Shown here piece after piece: positions 33,412-41,869 of a stretch of 41,869 nucleotides of DNA. Under the pieces are notes generated by a model, which worked only from the letters and a program-made list of their open reading frames with translations, did no database searches and was not told the origin of the DNA. The translations under genes and the position numbers were made by a program. This DNA comes from an uncultured Candidatus Marinamargulisbacteria bacterium (GTDB lineage: Bacteria > Margulisbacteria > Riflemargulisbacteria > GWF2-35-9): contig CAIUUT010000159.1 in NCBI GenBank assembly GCA_903902445.1, positions 1-41,869 of the forward strand. The letters run 5' to 3'. Every line of letters starts with the position of its first letter. Position 1 is the stretch's first letter.

Positions 33412-34254
33412 TTAAAAAATCAAATTATCGATTAGTCGCACATTCCCTAGAAAAACAGCCGTACCTAGAAACATTTGCCCCTCTATATATTTATCTATAG
33501 GCAACAAATCTCTATTATAAACTTCAATATATTGCACTTTAAATTTAGGTGATATTTTCCTGAGATATGAAGAGAATAGTTTATCCACCTCATGACTGTC
33601 TATCAATGGTGTGGTTTTGATGTATTCATGGACTAAAATCAATGCTTTATAGATAGAACTTGCTATCATTCGCTCCTCAGCTAATAAATAGGAATTTCTT
33701 GAGCTCTTTGCCAACCCATCATCTTCACGCACAGTATCTATTCCTGTAATGTTAATATCTAGATTAAAATCTCTGATAAGTCGTTTAATCAACATAAATT
33801 GTTGATAATCTTTTAACCCAAAATAGGTAGTTGTTGGGAAAATAATATTGAACAGCTTTAAGACAACAACAGCCACTCCCTGGAAATGATCTGGTCTATT
33901 TTTCCCACAAAGCTTACTTGCGAAGTCTTTTTCTACACTTATGCCCAAAACCATCGGCGATGGATACATCACAATATCGTCAGGAAGAAAGAGAACATCA
34001 ACTTTTTCTTTTTCTAAGAGGATCTGATCAAACGCCAAATTACGGGGATATTTGGCAAAATCTTCCTTGGGGCCAAACTGAAGAGGATTAACATAAATAC
34101 TAACCACGGTAATATCATTCTCAGCCTTAGATCTCCTCACTAATGAAATATGCCCCTCATGCAAATATCCCATAGTCGGCACAAAACCGATTGATTTGCA
34201 TTTATGATTTATTAAGAATTCTTTGTAGGAATCGATACTTTTTATAATAAGCAT
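33412..34254 (-). CDS. panC: Pantoate--beta-alanine ligase
   Basis: 280 aa with GFVPTMGYLHEGHISL (HIGH-like) and other PanC motifs. Confidence 0.95.
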   Translation of the reverse strand: MLIIKSIDSYKEFLINHKCKSIGFVPTMGYLHEGHISLVRRSKAENDITVVSIYVNPLQFGPKEDFAKYPRNLAFDQILLEKEKVDVLFLPDDIVMYPSPMVLGISVEKDFASKLCGKNRPDHFQGVAVVVLKLFNIIFPTTTYFGLKDYQQFMLIKRLIRDFNLDINITGIDTVREDDGLAKSSRNSYLLAEERMIASSIYKALILVHEYIKTTPLIDSHEVDKLFSSYLRKISPKFKVQYIEVYNRDLLPIDKYIEGQMFLGTAVFLGNVRLIDNLIF

Positions 34255-34355
34255 AAAGGTCTTGAGACTACATCTTAACTCTTGCTAATACCCAGAGGAC
34301 AATCGCCAAGGAAACAGACAACACCTTTAAGCCAAAATTGTTGAATATATACTTT

Positions 34356-36599
34356 TTAAACAGCTGGTTTATTTTCTTCATCATCTAAGTCTTCTTTCTT
34401 CCAAACCGCAAAATCACATTTTGGATAGTTAGCACACCCAAAAAACAATTTTCCTTTTCTGGTCTTTTTCTCCACGATATTGCCCTTACATTTTGGACAT
34501 CCAGCTTCTTTTACTACATTAATAGTTTTCTTTGTATACTTACATTGCGGATAGTCAGAACAAGCAATAAACTTACCAAAACGTCCTGATTTTGTGACTA
34601 ATGGCTTATTGCAGGTGGGGCAAATCTCTCCAGTTTCCACATCTGGCTCTTTGGGAGTCTGTTCACCGGTTGCTGCCTGGCCCTCAATTTTGGCTGTATA
34701 TTTACAATTTGGGAAACCAGAACAAGATAAAAATTTTCCATATCGGCTCATTCTAATGACCAATTTATTTTTACACTCAGGACAAATCTGCTCCGTCTCT
34801 TCTGCATATTTCTTAGCAGTTTTCGATGTATCATCCAATCGTTCGGCAAAGGGTCCATAAAATTTCTGCACAATTTCTACCCACTTTTGTTTTCCTTCGG
34901 CTACTTCGTCAAAACTTTCCTCCATTTTGGCAGTAAACTTATAGTCAACAATATCAGAGAAGTATTCACACAAAAATTTATTAACCACAAATGCTAAGTC
35001 AGTAGGGATAAGATGTTTCTTTTCTTTTTCCACATAGCCTCTATTTACAATTGTTGAAATGGTTGGCGCGTACGTTGACGGTCTACCAATACCTTCACTC
35101 TCTAGCTTTTTAACCAAAGATGCTTCCGTATAACGTGCTGGTGGTTTCGTAAAATTTTGCAAAGCATTTAAAGACAGTAGGTCTAAGACATCGCCTTCAT
35201 TCATACTAGGCAGCAATGACTCTTCTTCTTCCTCTTCATCATCACTATCTTCAATATAGAGTTTCATAAAACCATCAAATTTTATTATTTGACCAGAAGC
35301 AGCAAATATATAATCTCTATTATTTACTAACTCAAGTTTCACCTCAGTATTTTCTAAGATAGCTTCCTGCATCTGAGTGGCGATAGTCCTTTTCCAAATC
35401 AAGGTATACAACTTCAATTGGCTCGGGTTTAACTGATCCTTTAGTTGGTCAGGAATCACGCTAATATTAACAGGTCTAATCGCTTCATGTGCTTCCTGTG
35501 CACCTTTTGACTGATTTTTATATTTTCGCGCAGATGACACCGTGTATTTTTCTCCAAATTGTTTGCCAATAAATTCTTTCATTTGCACCAAAGATTCTTC
35601 GGCTAAATTTACGGAATCTGTTCTCATATAGGTAATAAGACCGACACGTCCACCGTCTAAGTCGATCCCTTCATAGAGTTGTTGCGCCAAACTCATGGTT
35701 GAGGCCACAGGAAAACCAAACTTTCGGTGAGCTTCCTGTTGCAATGTAGATGTTGTAAACGGAGGCGCAGGAGATTTTTTTACTGTCTTTTTAGTGAGGC
35801 TGCTTACGATTAATTCCTTTTTACCACTAAAAACACAGTTTAAGTTTAAATAATCTTTCTGTGACTTCTCACTTTTAATTGGCACATAATCAACCGACCC
35901 CAGAGCCTTATCTAAGGCTTTCTTAACGTCTTCCTCACTTTGAAATTCAACTTTTTTCTTACCAATTTTCTCTAATAAAACAGAGAATTTTCGTTGCTGT
36001 GTATTTTGCACAGCCCCCTTAATTTTCCAATATTCAGCGGACTTAAAAGCTCTAATTTCCTCTTCACGCTCTACCAATATCCTTACCGCTACAGACTGGA
36101 CACGACCTGCACTCAAACCCTTCTGAACTTTTCTCCAAAGCATCGGTGAAAGTTTGTAACCTACTAAACGGTCGATTACTCTTCGGGCTTGCTGCGCATC
36201 AACTAAATCCAGATTAATTTTCCTTGGGTTTTTGATGGCCTTTAATATGGCATCTTTCGTTATTTCATGGAAGGCGATGCGTTCATACTCATCTTTCTTT
36301 ATTTTCAGAGAATTCATAATATGCCACGCAATAGCCTCACCTTCTCTATCTTCGTCGGTGGCTATCCAGATTTTAGTTGCATCTTTGGCTTCACGCTTTA
36401 ATTCATTAACTAGCTTAACTTTTTCCTTGGAAATTTCATAAGTCGGTTGGAAGTTATTCTCCACATCAATTCCCAAATCATTTTTAGGCAAATCCGATAC
36501 ATGCCCCATTGAGGCTCTAACGATATAAGTATTATCCAAATATTTGGAAATAGTTTTGGCTTTAGCGGGTGACTCAACAATAACTAGATTTTTTTCCAT
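34356..36599 (-). CDS. topA: DNA topoisomerase I
   Basis: 747 aa with a TOPRIM N-terminus (LVIVESPAKAKTI, ATDEDREGE), the active-site region ITYMRTDS, and three C-terminal C4 zinc ribbons. Confidence 0.95.
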   Translation of the reverse strand: MEKNLVIVESPAKAKTISKYLDNTYIVRASMGHVSDLPKNDLGIDVENNFQPTYEISKEKVKLVNELKREAKDATKIWIATDEDREGEAIAWHIMNSLKIKKDEYERIAFHEITKDAILKAIKNPRKINLDLVDAQQARRVIDRLVGYKLSPMLWRKVQKGLSAGRVQSVAVRILVEREEEIRAFKSAEYWKIKGAVQNTQQRKFSVLLEKIGKKKVEFQSEEDVKKALDKALGSVDYVPIKSEKSQKDYLNLNCVFSGKKELIVSSLTKKTVKKSPAPPFTTSTLQQEAHRKFGFPVASTMSLAQQLYEGIDLDGGRVGLITYMRTDSVNLAEESLVQMKEFIGKQFGEKYTVSSARKYKNQSKGAQEAHEAIRPVNISVIPDQLKDQLNPSQLKLYTLIWKRTIATQMQEAILENTEVKLELVNNRDYIFAASGQIIKFDGFMKLYIEDSDDEEEEEESLLPSMNEGDVLDLLSLNALQNFTKPPARYTEASLVKKLESEGIGRPSTYAPTISTIVNRGYVEKEKKHLIPTDLAFVVNKFLCEYFSDIVDYKFTAKMEESFDEVAEGKQKWVEIVQKFYGPFAERLDDTSKTAKKYAEETEQICPECKNKLVIRMSRYGKFLSCSGFPNCKYTAKIEGQAATGEQTPKEPDVETGEICPTCNKPLVTKSGRFGKFIACSDYPQCKYTKKTINVVKEAGCPKCKGNIVEKKTRKGKLFFGCANYPKCDFAVWKKEDLDDEENKPAV

Positions 36600-36600
36600 A

Positions 36601-38349
36601 TTACCTCATAAACCATTTATCGACTTCGGACTTACAGAACATTTTAGCAATAGGACGCCCATGAGGACAACTCATATTATTAGATGTTTTTTGCCAATCT
36701 TTAATAAGCGCAACCTTTTCGTGGTCTGTCAACACATCACCAGCCTTAACTGCGGTCTTGCAAGACAAAGAAATTAGAACCTGCTGATAACGCTTATCTG
36801 GATCTTTTTCTGTAAGTTCAGCCAGAACATCCCTTATAATATTTTTAACTGGCTTATGTGTCAAGTAAGTAGGTACTGAACGAAGCAAATAACTACCCTT
36901 CCCAAAATCTTCAATTCCAAAACCTAGATTCTCAAAGATATGTCTATTTTCCGCCAATAAGATATCTTCACTTTGATCCAAGAAAATAGTTTCTGGCATG
37001 AGCAACTCTTGACTGAGGATAATATGGTCTTTGTTCTTTAACTGCTCATAGAGCACTCTTTCATGGGCAATATGCTGGTCAATAATAAATAAATTTTCAT
37101 TTTGCCAATACAGCAAATAAGTATTATTCACTTGTAATACATCCATAGAAGGTTCTTGCACACTTCTATAGCCCTCAAAAGACTGTCTTTCTGGCTTTGT
37201 TGTGGTTGGCACCTCTTGCACAACACTAAACAGTAGATCTCTTGTAGAAGCTTCAACTGAAGTCGAATGGCTATAGTTCATAGACTGAAAGTTACTTGCG
37301 GCACCACCAGTTTTTTCAGGCACAGGCCAATTTGTTTGTGGAATATTCTGATAAATACTATTATTTACTAAGAAAATATCCTTCAACGCCTCGCTAACTG
37401 CTTTATAAATGGCACTTTCATTGGCGAATTTGACCTCCAATTTTGCGGGATGCACATTTACGTCTACCACCGAGGGATCAATATCCAATTGCAAATACAA
37501 ATATGGATAGCGTCCTTGCGGATATATATAATATGTTGCCTTTCTTATTGCTTTAGCCAACAAATCGCATTGCACAACTCGCTTGTTTACAATAAAGATC
37601 TGCTTATCTCGACTTATTATCGTTTCCGAAGGAGTTGAAATATAACCCTGAATTATTATATCATCCTGCTCATAAGTAATCTTTTTCATATCCTTAGCCA
37701 CTTGACTAGCCATTACCTCAGAAAGCACGTCCTCGTGACGTCCATTACCGCTAACCGCAAAAGCCTTCTTTTGCTCGCTATATAGATTAAAAGCAATTTG
37801 AGGATACACCAAAGCTATAGACTGAATTAATCGAAGTATATGTCCCAATTCCGATTTATCTGTTTTTAAATACTTGAGTCGGGCAGGAACATTGTAAAAT
37901 AAATCCTTAACAGTAATGCACGTACCCTCCGTCAGCGGAAGCTGGCGAACGGCAATCTCTTTTCCACCCTCAATAATGATTTCGGTTCCTATAGTCTTTT
38001 CTTTTTGAGTCGTTTGCAGTGTAAATTTGGAAACGGCAGCAATACTGGGAAGAGCTTCACCTCTAAACCCCATGGTAGTTAAGAAAAACAAGTCCTGTTC
38101 ATTACTAATCTTGGATGTGGCGTGTCGCACCAAGCAGAGCTTAGCATCTTGCTCATCCATACCGCTACCATCATCAGTAACACGTATAAAACTTTTACCC
38201 CCATTTTGCACTTCAATCTTAATTCGTGAAGCCCCAGCATCAATAGAGTTTTCAACCAATTCCTTGATAACAGAAACCGGTCTTCCCACCACTTCACCAG
38301 CAGCAATTTTATTTATGGTATCGTCTGAAAGAATCTTAATATTGGTCAC
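36601..38349 (-). CDS. mutL: DNA mismatch repair endonuclease MutL
   Basis: 582 aa with a GHKL ATPase N-terminus (VVGRPVSVIKELVENSIDAG) and the C-terminal endonuclease motifs DQHIAHERVLYE and CPHGRP. Confidence 0.95.
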   Translation of the reverse strand: MTNIKILSDDTINKIAAGEVVGRPVSVIKELVENSIDAGASRIKIEVQNGGKSFIRVTDDGSGMDEQDAKLCLVRHATSKISNEQDLFFLTTMGFRGEALPSIAAVSKFTLQTTQKEKTIGTEIIIEGGKEIAVRQLPLTEGTCITVKDLFYNVPARLKYLKTDKSELGHILRLIQSIALVYPQIAFNLYSEQKKAFAVSGNGRHEDVLSEVMASQVAKDMKKITYEQDDIIIQGYISTPSETIISRDKQIFIVNKRVVQCDLLAKAIRKATYYIYPQGRYPYLYLQLDIDPSVVDVNVHPAKLEVKFANESAIYKAVSEALKDIFLVNNSIYQNIPQTNWPVPEKTGGAASNFQSMNYSHSTSVEASTRDLLFSVVQEVPTTTKPERQSFEGYRSVQEPSMDVLQVNNTYLLYWQNENLFIIDQHIAHERVLYEQLKNKDHIILSQELLMPETIFLDQSEDILLAENRHIFENLGFGIEDFGKGSYLLRSVPTYLTHKPVKNIIRDVLAELTEKDPDKRYQQVLISLSCKTAVKAGDVLTDHEKVALIKDWQKTSNNMSCPHGRPIAKMFCKSEVDKWFMR

Positions 38350-38419
38350 TTAGTCACTTCACTACTCATTCTCAACCAGATATCAACTTTCGGTAACAGT
38401 AAACTAATAAATTTCAAGT

Positions 38420-41348
<2,929 letters not shown>

Positions 41349-41351
41349 TAA

Positions 41352-41729
41352 TTATTTACCTATCCCTATAACTTTATTATAAAATACTAGTAACCCAATT
41401 ACAATTGCCAATACAGAAGAAACCAAAACTGCTCCTGCGCACATATCCTTGGCAAGCTTAGCGCGAATACTTTGCTTCTTCGTAATTAAATCAACAGCTA
41501 TTTCAACCGCCGAATTTATTAACTCACAAACAATTACCAAGCCACACACTAGGAGAATTACCCCCCACTCAAGGTAGCTCAGTCGACATAATATTCCTGC
41601 TGCAATAACAACTACACCAAATAATAACTGAAACTTTAAGTTTCTTTCTCGGACAAACGCTACCATGATACCATTTAATGCATGTCTTAAACTATTAATA
41701 AATGAAAGATTTTTATAAGAAATCTTCAT
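41352..41729 (-). CDS. dgkA: Diacylglycerol kinase / undecaprenol kinase family membrane protein
   Basis: 125 aa with three TM helices: SLRHALNGI...ERN, and ELINSAVE. Confidence 0.8.
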   Translation of the reverse strand: MKISYKNLSFINSLRHALNGIMVAFVRERNLKFQLLFGVVVIAAGILCRLSYLEWGVILLVCGLVIVCELINSAVEIAVDLITKKQSIRAKLAKDMCAGAVLVSSVLAIVIGLLVFYNKVIGIGK

Positions 41730-41869
41730 TCAAACTTTCAAATCCTAGCAGCAAGAAATCCTCATATTCCCTAATTAACTTTAATTCACGGGCATTTCTA
41801 TGGTCATAACCTATTACGTGTGCAAAACAATGAGCAATTACTCTTTTCAACTCATGTCCATACATTACC
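41713..41869 (-). CDS. ybeY: rRNA maturation endoribonuclease YbeY, C-terminal fragment (5' end outside the window)
   Basis: The reverse-strand frame reads VMYGHELKRVIAHCFAHVIGYDHRNARELKLIREYEDFLLLGFESLNEDFL*. It contains the HxxxHxxxxxH zinc motif of YbeY. The stop overlaps the dgkA start region. The fragment is too short for the ORF track. Confidence 0.75.
   Translation of the reverse strand, partial: VMYGHELKRVIAHCFAHVIGYDHRNARELKLIREYEDFLLLGFESLNEDFL

Overview
A+T-rich bacterial chromosomal segment, densely packed with housekeeping and central-metabolism genes. No transposase, integrase, CRISPR array, rRNA or recognisable defence gene is present. Of the 33 protein genes right of position 4458, 32 lie on the minus strand.

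Left to right:
- The 3' end of a histidine kinase gene, then an unusual HTH(XRE)-receiver response regulator, tadA and nnr.
- A tRNA-Val/tRNA-Glu pair.
- A 0.9-kb ORF-free region. It contains a very G-poor A/C-rich tract and a 28-bp sequence almost identical to the Xer recombination site dif, so this is probably the replication terminus.
- rplY-pyrE-pyrF, tmRNA (ssrA) and a LysE-family exporter.
- A near-complete TCA gene supercluster: korAB, sucCD, type-B sdh/frd CAB, a gamma-carbonic-anhydrase-like gene, a divergent mitochondrial-type citrate synthase, two-subunit class I fumarase, mdh and aconitase.
- Directly adjoining it, a Rex-headed [FeFe]-hydrogenase supercluster in the order rex, HndB-like ferredoxin, NuoF-like HydB, HydA with a fused NuoE-like domain, hydG, an aspartase-like lyase, hydF, hydE.
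- panC, topA, mutL, pyrG, a CNNM/CorC protein, dgkA and the 3' end of ybeY.

The most interesting items are in the hydrogenase module:
- The catalytic subunit has non-canonical H-cluster motifs (TSCSAAW and MCCTAKKDE instead of TSCCPxW and MPCxxKxxE).
- It also carries a fused NuoE-like domain.
- An N-terminally short aspartase-family gene is translationally coupled between hydG and hydF.
- A G9/C9 homopolymer lies in the 5' end of hydG.

Other points of note are the dif/terminus region with its unexplained non-coding DNA, a CRP/FNR-geometry palindrome in the divergent TCA promoter region, a Rex-box-like operator, and a small Cys/His/Met-rich membrane protein. All calls come from reading the sequence and recalling family motifs. 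No database search was run.
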